A stretch of DNA of 64,000 nt from the human T2T-CHM13v2.0 reference genome, Homo sapiens. Both the position numbers and the translations under genes were made by a program. The notes under the pieces are model-generated. The model was given only the letters and a program-made list of their open reading frames with translations, searched no databases and had not been told where the DNA came from. Positions 29,454 to 42,160 of the stretch are shown here, piece by piece. Within the stretch, counting starts at the first letter, position 1, and the number at the start of each line of letters is the position of its first letter. Location of the stretch: assembly GCF_009914755.1 (NCBI RefSeq), contig NC_060935.1. One strand, given 5' to 3'.

Positions 29454-30516
29454 ATCCACCTGAACTTTCAAGCATGGGAGTCTTATTCCACCTGAACTGA
29501 ATTATTCCCCAGGGATTTCACCCCTTCTCATTTCATGTGGGATCCATGAGTGGCTGTAAGCTAGCTATCCAAAGGGCCAGATCACCTCCAGAGCCTTTGC
29601 TTAAGCCCTCACTTCAAAACTCCCATCCTGTTGCCACCCCCGCCCCCAGGAACTTGACTCTTTCCATGGACAAAACCAAAAATCAGTCATCTCTTCTTCC
29701 TACCTAAGGTTGGTCCGGAGGCACATTTCTTCTGCAGGGATTGGCAAGGAAGATTTCAGTCTTCAAGGTAGATTTTTCACTATAAACATTGATATGACTT
29801 TATCCTTTCAGGTCAGAGTCTATCATTGCCTTAATTCTTTTAAAACCAGATGGGGAAATTGTAAATTGAAATATAATGTTTATGAAGAGCATTATATTTG
29901 GCCTGAAGGCTGTGAGAGGTAGGGTGAAAATGTTTTTATGAATCCCTGGAACTTGAAGTTTATCTTAATCCCTTACCCTCTGTCCAGGTCTGTTGCTGGG
30001 CCTGGGCAATGGATGCGTTTTTCAGTAATAAAGAGAAGAATTTGAAGTTCCAACAGATGATTCAGGAAATGAGGAAAGATGACTAGGGGGTGGGTGCTAC
30101 ATAAAGAAGGAATTTGAAGACAGCAGGAATATCTCAAAATGGACTTTGGCATGACTGTTATAAATTCTTCCTCTAACTCCTCTACAGAATCTTTAATAAA
30201 GTCTACAATGCTCTTTTGTACATTTGTGCGAGTGAATTCTCTTAGGCATTGACTTTCATGTCAGGTTGGGTCATTCTTGGTGCAACACAAAGGCGGCACT
30301 GGAGGGAAACAAAGTGTGGAGGCAAATGGGCCACGAGACTTTAAGTCCTCAGGAAACAGATGTCAGGGGTGGGGGAATGGTTTCCCCAGGCTGTGAAACG
30401 GAGATGTGAGGCTTGTGTTTGGCTGCAACTTGTGGGTCCAGCAGGCTCTAGCTGACCAGAACTACAACATGATAAATTGTCATTTCAATCCTTCACTGGC
30501 TACCCATTGTCTAAGT

Positions 30517-30724
30517 CCATACTCCTTGGCAGGAGAGGTGCTGCTCCTCCAAACTTTCTTCCTTCAAACATTTTTTCCATTTTCCTCTAAAAATGGCAAC
30601 AGTTCCCTTTCACAGATTCAATAGCTAAGACTGGAATTTTCAAAACAACTAAGTATTGGAGAGTAAAAGGGGAAAAAAAGTATAAATCATTTAAATGATG
30701 CTACCTCCTGCAATAGGGCTCTGA
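30517..30724. repeat. Diverged local duplication, copy 2
   Basis: Collinear with 29237-29453, same orientation, about 1.28 kb downstream. Confidence 0.85.
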
Positions 30725-31799
30725 GTCTTTGTATGGATGATACATAAAGCCCTTTCAAATCTGGCCTGCCACCTCTCCATTGTCATTTCTCCCATACACT
30801 GCCTTGCCACTGCATGCTACAGCATTACCATTTGCAAGAAACCTAAATGACGACACTCTAACCCCACCAAGGAAAACAAATTACTCTTCTCTGTCTCTTC
30901 CGAGCATAGCATTCCAGATCATTTTGCATAAATATTTATTGACATGCTTGGCTCTCCTAAAAGATTTTGTGAGTTTCCAACCCCAGAACCCACTGAGTGC
31001 TTAAAAAGTAGTAGAATCTCAATGAATGTTTGTTGAATTAAAACGATTCCAAAGATTGATGTTAAAACAGAAAAGGAACAGACAGACAGAGTTGGAACGG
31101 CAATTCTGCCACTTACTGGCTTGACAACTTTGGACCAGTTCCTTAATCTCTCAGTGTCAACTGCTTCATCCATCAATAATGGTACTTTGTAGAGAGAAGG
31201 TGAAAGCATATAAAGTATCTGGTCCCAGTGGTCGCTCTTAATTAGTAGGCCAGGGGCTTCCCAGATTTTTCATTATCAGCAATGAAATATTTCATAGAAC
31301 CAGATAAGAGCAGAGCTACTGTAACTTAGGGGTGCAGCCTCAGAGCCCCACCTGCTTAGCTACACCCACATCTTGACCTACTCACTCCCACCCCAGAAGA
31401 ACCCCAGGACTCCCAGAGCATGGAGTAAAATCTACTGTCTTAAAACAGCATGGGAGGCATACAACTAGTAGTATGTGAGATGATTTTAAGTGGCATAAAG
31501 ACATAACATTAAATAATACTGATACCAATAACTTTAAAAAAGTTATTCTCTCTTCAATTCTCTTTTAATTTTTCTGATTCTTTTGGGGGAAAGTCTCAGT
31601 TTGGGGTCAATACATCTTTAACTCCTCTCTTTCTCCTCCTAGGGTCCCAATATTAAAAGACAGCCAACCACAAGCTCAGAATCTTTAGCCAACAATAGTA
31701 CCTAGCTAGAATTAATGCTATGAATTTGTGCAGTTTCCATCTCTACCTATATCATATTCTGTATGTTTGGACAAATTATTTGACAACAAACTTCCTTCA

Positions 31800-32170
31800 T
31801 TCATGAGGATTAACATGGATTTATTCTGAATGTATTTATTGAGTGACTTCTATGTGCCAGGCAGCATGGTGGAATACAGTGGTGAATCAGGCAAATGAGA
31901 TCTTCATTCTCATGGATCTTCCAATCTGGAGGGAGATCTAGATAAATAAACAGACAATTTATTTATATACTGTGATAAGTGCCACTGGGGGCATATGGTG
32001 TGCTGGGCAGACACTTTAGAGGGATGCCTAACTTGGACTTCGGTGAGGGGGTAGGCAAAGAAATATTTTTTTAAAAAAATAGCGTCTCAGTTTAATTCTG
32101 AAGCAGTAGTATTTGATCAAGAATGAGGAGAGGAAACCACATGTACAAAGGTCTAGATGTAAGGAACACT
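31800..32170 (-). mobile_element. L2 3' fragment
   Basis: atttattgagtgacttctatgtgccaggc...ctcatggatcttccaatctggaggg...tgtgataagtgc. Confidence 0.7.
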
Positions 32171-32949
32171 GAAAATGTTGACTTCCTAGTATATGTCTGG
32201 AACATAGCAGGTATTCAATAAATGGCAGCAGCCTTTAGAACTACTACAGATGAGATGGGGCATGTTCAGGATGGTATGGCTGTAGACCCTATAGAACTTT
32301 TACAATGTCCTTAGCCTCCAAAGGTATTAGATTTATCTCTGTGGCCTCAGTTCCTGGCACATAGTAGATAATCAGTAAGTGTTGAAAACTGAATAATCAA
32401 ATAAATAAATGAGTGAATAAATGAATGAATAAGTAATTATTAATTTCTGTCTCCTCCTAACGACCTCCCATACTAGAAGCCACATTCTCACTCAGACTTT
32501 ACCTAGAATAGTGTGGTTCCCTCGCACTGTAGAGAGAGTGAGGCTGCAGCCTGGTTTTGACTTTGGACTTGGGAGATATCCACTGGGTTCATCTGGAATC
32601 ATGTGGCCTCCTCCCCTCTAACAGAGGAGAGAGTATGCTTTTTTCCTTCTTATAACACTGATGCTAATGAGATGCACGTAGATGATTCTTGTTTGAAAGT
32701 CTGTCTGAATGACATCTATTTGTCATCCCAGAGACCCACACAGAGCTTAGCAATTGGTAGTATTGTGAAAACAATAACAGCAACAATAAAAGCCAAACAA
32801 ACAAAAAAGAGAGTGGCTGTGGGGCTGCCTTATCTTCTGGAGCCATGTCTGATTGTGGCTTATGGACAAATGGAGCAACTTAGCAGGTGGAAGAGCATTA
32901 AAAACCTGAGAACAAGTTATAGGGAAGTCTGAAGCTAATAGTCATATAC

Positions 32950-33220
32950 TGATGAGTTAATGAATTAATGGGTTATCATGGGCGTAGGACCAAGGCTTTG
33001 AGAGAGACCTGGGCTAGCACGCTCAGCCGCTTTGCCATGTGATACCCTATAACACTTTGGGATTCTGCAGAGTCCCCACCAGCAAGAAGACCCTCACCAG
33101 ATGTGGCCCCTTGACCTTGGACTTCTCTGCCTCCATAACTATCAGAAATTAATTCTTTTCCTCTAGAAATTACCCAGTTTGAGGTACTCTATTATAAGCA
33201 ACAGAAAATGGACTAAGACA
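32950..33220 (+). mobile_element. MaLR LTR (MSTD-like), 5'-partial
   Basis: ttaatgggttatcatgg...ctgcagagtccccaccagcaagaag..cctcaccagatg...aacagaaaatggactaagaca. Confidence 0.85.
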
Positions 33221-33224
33221 CTGG

Positions 33225-33440
33225 GCGTCGTGCTAAGTGCTGTATGTATGTTACTTCATTTAACCCCCGCAAGGACCCTTAGGAATAGAGACTGATATTA
33301 TCTGCATTTTACAGGTGAGAAAACTGAGGCTTGGAGAGTGATGTGACTTGCCAAGGTCACACTTTTAGACAGGGATAGCTTGGATCAAACACAGTTTGTG
33401 TAACAGCAGAGCTGGTACTCTTAACCTCTTAACCACAGTC
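33225..33440 (-). mobile_element. MIR SINE
   Basis: cattttacaggtgagaaaactgaggcttggagag...gccaaggtcacac. Confidence 0.8.
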
Positions 33441-34919
33441 CCATAAGCGAAAAAGGGAGTGGGGTTCAGCATATGCCTTATTAGAACACTGAATAAACAT
33501 TTATTCAGAAATCAGAGAAAAATATAAGAAACAGATTGAAGTAGAGCTAGCCACTCAACCAATCCCAATAATAGAATCTTTTTTGTTTTGTTTTGTTTTC
33601 TATTTTGAGCCACATTACCTCAGATTGCAGTGTGGCATTAACTATCAGTTTAGTCTTTCTTAATTTCCAATAAGTCAGTTTTCACTGTGGCAACAAGGTC
33701 AGTCCCTAAAAGCAGAGACTGAGTTGGGAGTTATTTCTGCCTCTGGAATTATAAAATGGCCCCTTACTTTGCAATTTTTTCCTATTTTGCAGAATGACGT
33801 CTACTTCTTCTTTCCAAATCTCAGCACCCACATGCTAGAGAACGATGTGCAGACTATTAACAAAATATTTTCTTTAGATCCATCTTCAAATCCCAATGTG
33901 TGATTGGCCTGCAGAACCATCACTACACCCTCCAGGACTTGTTCCTTTGAAGTTAGGCCCCAAATATGTGCCTTCAAGATTCACCTTGAACAGGAATAAT
34001 TTCTGTCATTGATTAAGGGCTAATCAATGTGCATGGAGCAGTCAGAATCAGGAGGCCCAGCTGGAACCACTAAGGTCCAGTGGGAGCCCGACCCAGAATC
34101 CAAAGCTATGATGCAGCCAGGCACTCTCCATTTCTCTCTGCTGGCTTCGTTCTCCCTCCCCAAGCTTCTCAGTGTCACTGCAAAAGGTCATGCAGCTGCT
34201 ATGATTAGCATGACTACAAATCTCTGTTATCTAATCTCAGCTGGGCCCTCAGTGACACTCAGAAGTTTTTACTGATCCTGAGTGACTCCCCATCACATTC
34301 CCCATGGCACATTTTCCAACTGTTTTCCTTTTGTTAAGCCCCCAACCCACTCCAGCACCCTTACCCACATCCCTTTCCTTGCTTAGCAGATTGGGGTTGA
34401 TGTCCTTCTTTCCCATTAAAAACTTCCTCATTTCTTCCCATCCTTTCCTGTCTCCTCCCTGCCCTCTCAGGGAGGCCCATCCCCTAGGCTTTATGAGATA
34501 CTCTCCCCCATCCCTAACCCTAGTCCTAAAGATCATACTCCCTGTCTCTTCCCCTTGTTCTCAAACCTTATCCTTCAGCTTCCCCAGCCCATCACCTCAG
34601 TTTATAAACAGGTTCCAGGGCTCCCCATGCAAATAAATGCAGAAATGAATCAACAACTATTTTTTTTTCAGTGCTTTCTTCCCAAAACACCATCCCAACT
34701 TTCCCTTTAATAGCTATTTTCTTCTCTTCACCTCTTGGACTTTATAGTTTTAAATTATGTAAGTAATCTATGTTCATGGTAGAAAAGTTAGAAGCTGCAT
34801 ATTGGCAAAAGAAAAAAATCTGCCATAACCCCTCAGGAATAACTTTGTTATCATCTTGAAATATATCTTCTAAAGGTTTTTCCATGCATTCATGTACAAA
34901 AATAGGTTAAACTGATTTT

Positions 34920-36286
34920 ATTTTATTTTATTTTATTTTATTTTATTTTTTTATTGATCATTCTTGGGTGTTTCTTGCAGAGGGGGATTTGGCAGGGTCA
35001 TAGGACAATAGTGGAGGGAAGGTCAGCAGATAAACAAGTGAACAAAGGTCTCTGGTTTTCCTAGGCAGAGGACCCTGCGGCCTTCCGCAGTGCTTGTGTC
35101 CCTGGGTACTTGAGATTAGGGAGTGGTGATGACTCTTAACGAGCATGCTGCCTTCAAGCATCTGTTTAACAAAGCACATCTTGCACCGCCCTTAATCCAT
35201 TTAACCCTGAGTGGACACAGCACATGTTTCAGAGAGCACTGGGTTGGGGGCAAGGTCATAGATCAACAGCATCCCAAGGCAGAAGAATCTTTCTTAGTAC
35301 AGAACAAAATGGAGTCTCCTATGTCTACTTCTTTCTACACAGACACAGGAACAATCTGATTTCTCTATCTTTTCCCACATTTCCCCCTTTTCTATTCCAC
35401 AAAACCGCCGTCGTCATCATGGCCCGTTTTCAATGAGCTGTTGGGTACGCCTCCCAGACGGGGTGGCGGCCGGGCGGAGGGGCTCCTCACTTCCCAGACG
35501 GGGCGGCTGCGGGGCGGAGGGGCTCCTCACCTCTCAGACGGGGCGGCTGCCAGGCCGAGGGGCACCTCACTTCTCAGATGGGGCGGCGGCCGGGCAGAGA
35601 CGCTCCTCACCTCCCAGACGGGGTCGCGGCCGGGCAGAGGCGCTCCTCACATCCCAGACGATGGGCGGCCGGGCAGAGACGCCCCTCACTTCCCAGACAG
35701 GATGGCGGCCGGGAAGAGGCGCTCCTCACCTCCCAGACTGGGCAGCCGGGCAGAGGGGCTCCTCACATCCCAGACGATGGGCGGCCAGGCAGAGACGCTC
35801 CCCACTTCCCAGACGGGGTGGCGGCCGGGCAGAGGCTGCAATCTCGGCACTTTGGGAGGCCAAGGCAGGCGGCTGGGAGGTGGAGGTTGTAGCTAGCCGA
35901 GATCACGCCACTGCACTCCAGCCTGGGCAACATTGAGCACTGAGTGAACAAGACTCCGTCTGCAATCCCGGCACCTCGGGAGGCCGAGGCTGGCAGATCA
36001 CTCGCGGTTAGGAGCTGGAGACCAGCCCGGCCAACGCAGCGAAACCCCGTCTCCACCAAAAAAATACGAAAACCAGTCAGGCTTGGTGGCGCGCGCCTGC
36101 AATCGCAGGCACTCGGCAGGCTGAGGCGGGAGAATCAGGCAGGGAGGTTGCAGTGAGCCGAGATGGCAGCAGTACAGTCCAGCTTCGGCTCGGCATCAGA
36201 GGGAGACCGTCGAAAGAGAGAGAGAGGGAGAGGGAGAGGGAGACCGTGGGGAGAGGGAGAGGGAGAGGGAGAGGGGAATTTTTGTC
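34920..36286 (-). mobile_element. Full-length SVA retrotransposon (older subfamily, probably SVA_B/C)
   Basis: (tttta)n tail, SINE-R ~34955-35450, short VNTR ~35450-35835, Alu-like region ~35835-36200, (agaggg)n hexamer ~36213-36276; TSD taaactgatttt 34908-34919 and 36287-36298 at a TTTT/AA site. Confidence 0.97.
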
Positions 36287-36379
36287 TAAACTGATTTTAA
36301 AATAAAGATAAAATAACATTCTACATTGTATGCTGTAACCTGCTTTTCTTTAATTCAGTCTACTCAACATCTTTGCTTT

Positions 36380-36537
36380 GGGGCCTCCCAGATAATACAG
36401 GATAATCTCACATCTCAAGATTCTTAAACTCATTTGCAAAGTCCATTTTGCTATGTAAGGTAACATATTCACATGTTCCAGCAGGGATTAGAACAAAGAC
36501 ATCTCTGGGGGAGGGTGGCATTATTCTGCCTATCACA
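36380..36537 (-). mobile_element. MaLR LTR fragment (MLT1B/C)
   Basis: aggataatctc.catctcaagattcttaa...tgcaaagtcc...taaggtaacatattcaca...ttattctgcctatcaca. Confidence 0.8.
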
Positions 36538-36724
36538 AGTTGTCCGTAGCCTAGGGAAGTGGAAGGGAGCAGAGTGGTAGTTGGGGGATTCCAGGCACAG
36601 GGAACAGCAGAGTGTGATGGGACTTCCTTCTCTCCCCACTCCCAAAGCCTCCATGCTGATAAATATACTCTCTTTTAAAAAAATAAGTTTGTAGCTATTA
36701 TGGACATTTTTTTGTGTGTGAACT

Positions 36725-37420
<696 letters not shown>

Positions 37421-39369
37421 AAATATTATTCCATAATATGGATGCATTAAAATAAAATTAACCACATTCCCTAATGTTGAGTCTTTGGACCGTTTCCAAC
37501 TTGTACTATTTTAATAATACCATAGTAAACCTCCTTGTACATATATCTCTATGCATATTACTGATAATTTAGAACACATTCAAAGAAATATATTTAGAAT
37601 ACATTCTAATGTATTCTTTAGAATACATCCAAAGAAACTCATCAATTAAGCCTACTGCAATCTGGCTGCAGCCCCACAGCTCTGCTTAAATTGCCCTCTG
37701 CTAGGGCACCAAACATTTCCTCATTGCCTATTCCAGCAATTCTTTTTTCATCCTCATTCTGTTCAACCTATTCACATTCCTTCTATCTGTAAAATCCTCC
37801 TGGGCTTCAGTGAGTCTTTCTCCCAGCTCCTATTCCTACTTCCAGGGTTCAATTTGGGCACCAATTCTGAAGAACTGGTAGGACTACTGGGAGGAGTCCC
37901 AGTAGTTGTGAACAGTTTTTTAAATCGCAACAAAGCTTGGCAGGAGAATGTGTGATCAATAATTAACAATGTTTTCCAATGTACTGACGCATGGTGGGTG
38001 GGGAAGGAAAATGCTAAAAATTGTAGCAAGAGAGCCAAACATTTGCCATTGCTATAACCAGAGTTTCTTAATCTGGAGGATAAAGGTTAGGAGATGCCCT
38101 GGGGATTTCAAAGTGACCCCAGAGCTTCATGAATCCCCTGGAGTTAGATGCAAATATTGTGTGATCACATCTAGGTATCTAGGATCTCCAGGAAGATCAA
38201 GAGCCATTTCTATAGGACAGTCTCCTGACCTGTGTTTTCCTCAAGTGGCCTTGCGGAACTTATTGTTCGGAGAAAGAAAAAGTCAAGTGACCCAGTAATT
38301 ACCCATCAAACTGATGCATGAAATGACATCGGGAAAATGTAGGTGGTCCCTGCAAGATTCTTTAGGGAGAAACACAAGGTCTTCTTACACTGCCCTGTGG
38401 GCTGGCCCAGCATGACTTGGCTGAGTAGGGAGGGAGGGCAGGCAAGTTGAGAGAAGGTACAGCTGCTCTCCATGATGTGCATTTCATTCTTTAACTCTGT
38501 TCTCCTAACCCACTCCTGGACAGCTCTACCTCAGCTTCTCCCAAAACTATTTCTAGCTCTCCAGTGCCCAAGAAGCCTGCACAGTGTACTGCCAGAGGCC
38601 TCCCTCCAGCTGTGCCCCAAAGTGCAGAAGTTTGTGACATCTGGAAATGTGCACATTTGGGAAACAGTGCTCAGGCCAGCTACATTTGGCTTTGAGTATG
38701 ATTTGCTTCTGCCCTTTCTGTCTATTGTAGGCCTCTTTAATTATGGTGGCTCCGTTAAGATCTCCTTATCTTGGTGACTATCAATGTTTTGAATTCCTTG
38801 CTTTTTTCCCCCCAAGTTTAATGAGAAATATTTCCTGTCAACATTTCTTCTGTCCTCTCTGGTGACTGTAACTTCAGCTGTTATCTTCAGTGAAATTCAT
38901 TAAAAAGGATGAATATCTCATGTTCCAAGATCACTAGCAGAGATGTTAAATGGAAGAAGATTGAACCACAGGCTTCTTCATATCCTCTTGAGACCTCCCA
39001 GAATCCAGCCTGGAAACTGTATTTCTAGGTATTCTGTGGTCATAGTTCCACACTGCACCTTGACAGACCTCTCTGGATCCCTTCCAAGAATATAATTTCT
39101 TGAGACCAATTCAATGTCTTATTAATATTTTAATCTGCATCCTGTGACCCATGAAAATCTCTAACCCGTGCTTTCCAAATACCATTCAATCTTCCACAGA
39201 GTACCTATAGTGAGATATTTTTCTCCCCACATAATTACTTGGAGCATTGCTTCACATAAAAATCTGGCATTCACACATCTCAATCTGGCATTCAGGGCCC
39301 TACAGTTTGATGTCCTTTCCTTCTAGAAGTTATGTGCATTTCATTCTTTAGCCCCTACAAGGACATGTG

Positions 39370-39575
39370 CTCTGGACTCAGATGACCTTAGTTCAGATTG
39401 TGATGCATATACTTCCTAACTATGTGACTTTGGAGAAGCTAATTAATATCTCAGAGTCTAAGTTTCTTCTGTCATGGAGTGACTGACAGAATTAAATTGC
39501 ATAACATCATTAAGAGATTTAAATGAGATAATGCATGGAAAGCATTTAGCAAAGTGCCTGGACCATAGTAAGTGC
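39370..39575 (+). mobile_element. MIR SINE
   Basis: ctatgtgactttgg...taaatgagataatgcatggaaagcatttagcaaagtgcctgg..catagtaagtgct. Confidence 0.75.
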
Positions 39576-39577
39576 TT

Positions 39578-40143
39578 TTGGTGAGCAGAATGGCCCCTCA
39601 AAGAGGTCCACACCTTAATCCCTGGAACCTGAGAAAGAAAAAAAACTCAGATGTAATTAAGGTTAAGGATCTTCAAATGGGGAGATTTTCCTGGATTATC
39701 TGATTGGGCCAAATATAATCACATGAATCCTTAAAAGCAAGGAACATTTTCCTAATAGAGGCAGAAGGATACAGAAGGAGGAGTTAGAAGTTAGAAAGAT
39801 TCAAAACATGAGAAAGACTCAGTGTTGTGGCCCACTCTGAAGAATGGAGTGGGCCATGGATGTGGACTGCAGATAGACCTTTAAGAGGTAAGGGTGGTCC
39901 CCAGCTGACAGTCAGAATGGAAGCAGGGACCTCAGTCCTACAACTCTAAGGAACAGGTTTGGCCAACAAGCTTGGAAGTAGGTTCTTCCTCTGAGCGTCC
40001 AGTAAGAAATGCAGCCCTGCTAACACCTTAATTTTAGCCTGGAGAGACCCATGTTAGGCTTCTGCCTCCAGAAACTGTGAGATAATTTATTTTAGCTGTT
40101 AATTCGTGATAATTTGTGATGGCAGCAATAGAAAATGAATCCA
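39578..40143 (+). mobile_element. MaLR LTR (MLT1E/D group)
   Basis: gcagaatggcccc..aaaga.gtccac...taatccctggaacctg...gtaattaaggttaaggatctt...ggcagcaatagaaaa. Confidence 0.85.
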
Positions 40144-40958
40144 TTGCTAAGCAATATTGGCTATGATTTGCCAGCCACACTGGCCTAAGATTCCCCAGCT
40201 CACCTGCCGCCATCTTCCAGTTGTGGGAAAATCCCTTTCCTCAAATAACTATCTTCAAAGCCTTGTTCAGATCCACCTCTTTTATACTGTCTTTCATGAC
40301 CCTTCTATGAGCATGAGTCAGCCATGAGCTTCCAGAGAACAAAATTATATGCTTTCGTCATTCCAAACCTATTCTGTTTGAGCCACTTACTACCTGTTGT
40401 CTTCCCAACTCCGTGGAAGGACACATCTATATTTTACAGACTGTATATTTATAAGACTGTTTTCTCTGCTGGCTGGGAGGGGAAAGGACAATTAATACTC
40501 AGAGTTTTCTCTGTGTCAGGCCCTGTGCACATAAATTATTTTACTCTTACAAGAACCCTATGGGGTAGAGAGACACTTTTTTATAGATACCTCAGAGGAG
40601 AAAAACTTATCCATGTCCAACAGCCTCCAAGAGGAAAAGCTGTGATCTGATTCCTGGTAGATTCAGGTCTGCTTGATTCTAAATTTGTTGTTATTTCCAC
40701 TATATTGTGGTGTTTCTCATAAATATCACCTTTGTCATCATTACAATGAACATTTGTATAGCCCCTTAGAGAGTAGCTCACATGGCAGGCTTTTAAGGAA
40801 GGTTTTATTATCCTAATTTTAAAGTTCACACAGTCCCTGAGAGACACCATTAGGATTTGAGCAGGATTTCTTACTGCAGAAACAGTGTTTTTTCCACGAT
40901 ACCACAGCTAGTTCCAATCAATGTTGATGAATTAAATGTTACGCAGCTTCGGGCTTGT

Positions 40959-40960
<2 letters not shown>

Positions 40961-41016
<56 letters not shown>
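40961..41016. repeat. (TC)28 microsatellite
   Basis: Perfect dinucleotide run. Confidence 0.97.
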
Positions 41017-41019
<3 letters not shown>

Positions 41020-41269
41020 TCTCTCCCTCTCTTGTTTCTCTGTCTTGATTATATGTGCCACACCTCCCAGTTCTGGGTCAACTGCAAATTGCTTTTGTGT
41101 CACGCTGACTTCTCCCAGATTACACACCCAGATATAGGGAATGATACAGATTCTGACATCAGCTTCTAAAGCCTCTAGGCCGCTCCACCCACAGATAAAC
41201 CAGATCAAATTCCCCTTTGTTTAGGAACTTCTGGTCAATTTTAAGTCAACATGACTTTTTAAAATGTTG

Positions 41270-42160
41270 TAAAATATCCTCAGTATTTACCATTTTAACC
41301 ATTTTAAAGTCTAGTTCAGTAGTAGTAGGTACATTCACCTTGTTGCACAACCATTGCCATTATACATCTCTGGAACTTTTTCATCTTTCCCAGTTGGAAA
41401 CTCCCCATTTCCCCTCCTTCCAGCCTCTGGCAACCACCATTCTACTGTCTTTCTCTATGAATTTGACTACTTTCAGGTATCTCATGTAAGTGGAATCATA
41501 CAATATTTGTCCTTTTGTGACTGGCTTATTTCATTTGGCATAATGTCTTCAAGATTCATCCATGCTGTGTCAGAATTTCATTCCTTTTTAAGGCTGAATA
41601 ATATTTCACTGTATATATAGCACATACTGATTATTCATTCATCAATCAATGGACACGAGGTGCTTTCACATTTTGGCTATTGGGAACAATGCTGCCATAA
41701 ACATTGGTGTACACATATCTTATCAAGTTCCTACTTTCAATTCTTTGGGATATATCTTCCCAGAAGTAGAATTGCTGGATCACATGGTAAGTCTATGTTT
41801 AATTTTTTTTTTTGAGACAGCATCTTGCTCTGTCGCCTTGGGTGGAGTGCAGTGGCACTACCTTGGCTCACTGCATCTATGTTTAATTTTTAAAGGAACT
41901 GTGACACTATTTTCCACAGTGGCTGCAACATTTCGATTCCCATCAGCAGTACACAGCGTTCTAATTTCTCCTCATCCTTGCCAACACTTTATGTTCTATC
42001 TTTCTGATGATAGCTATCCTAGTGAGTGTGAAGCAGTATCTCATTGTGGTTTTGATTTACAGCCCTACTGATTATTAACCATTTGTATAACTTCTTTGGA
42101 GAAATGTCTATGCCTGTCCTTTGCCCATTTTTCAATCAGTTGTTTTTTTTTGTTATTGTC
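41270..42160 (-). mobile_element. L1MB-type 3' fragment
   Basis: acattcaccttgttgcacaacc...gtaagtggaatcatacaatatttgtccttttgtgactggctt...tctcattgtggttttgattt...ggagaaatgtcta. Confidence 0.88.
41808..41875 (-). mobile_element. Severely 5'-truncated Alu (~65 bp) inside L1MB
   Basis: gagacagcatcttgctctgtcgcc..ggagtgcagtggc..ttggctcactgca; perfect 16-bp TSD tctatgtttaattttt (41792-41807, 41876-41891). Confidence 0.88.

Noticed and set aside
35450-35835. Repeat-spacer-like array (CRISPR-like look)
   Set aside because: Degenerate contiguous tandem units with no unique spacers and no cas genes; SVA VNTR in primate DNA
35433-36319. GC-rich ORFs of 70-167 aa
   Set aside because: Translations of the SVA VNTR and Alu-like region
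40857-41208. SLSL/RERE-repeat ORFs
   Set aside because: Translation of the (TC)n microsatellite
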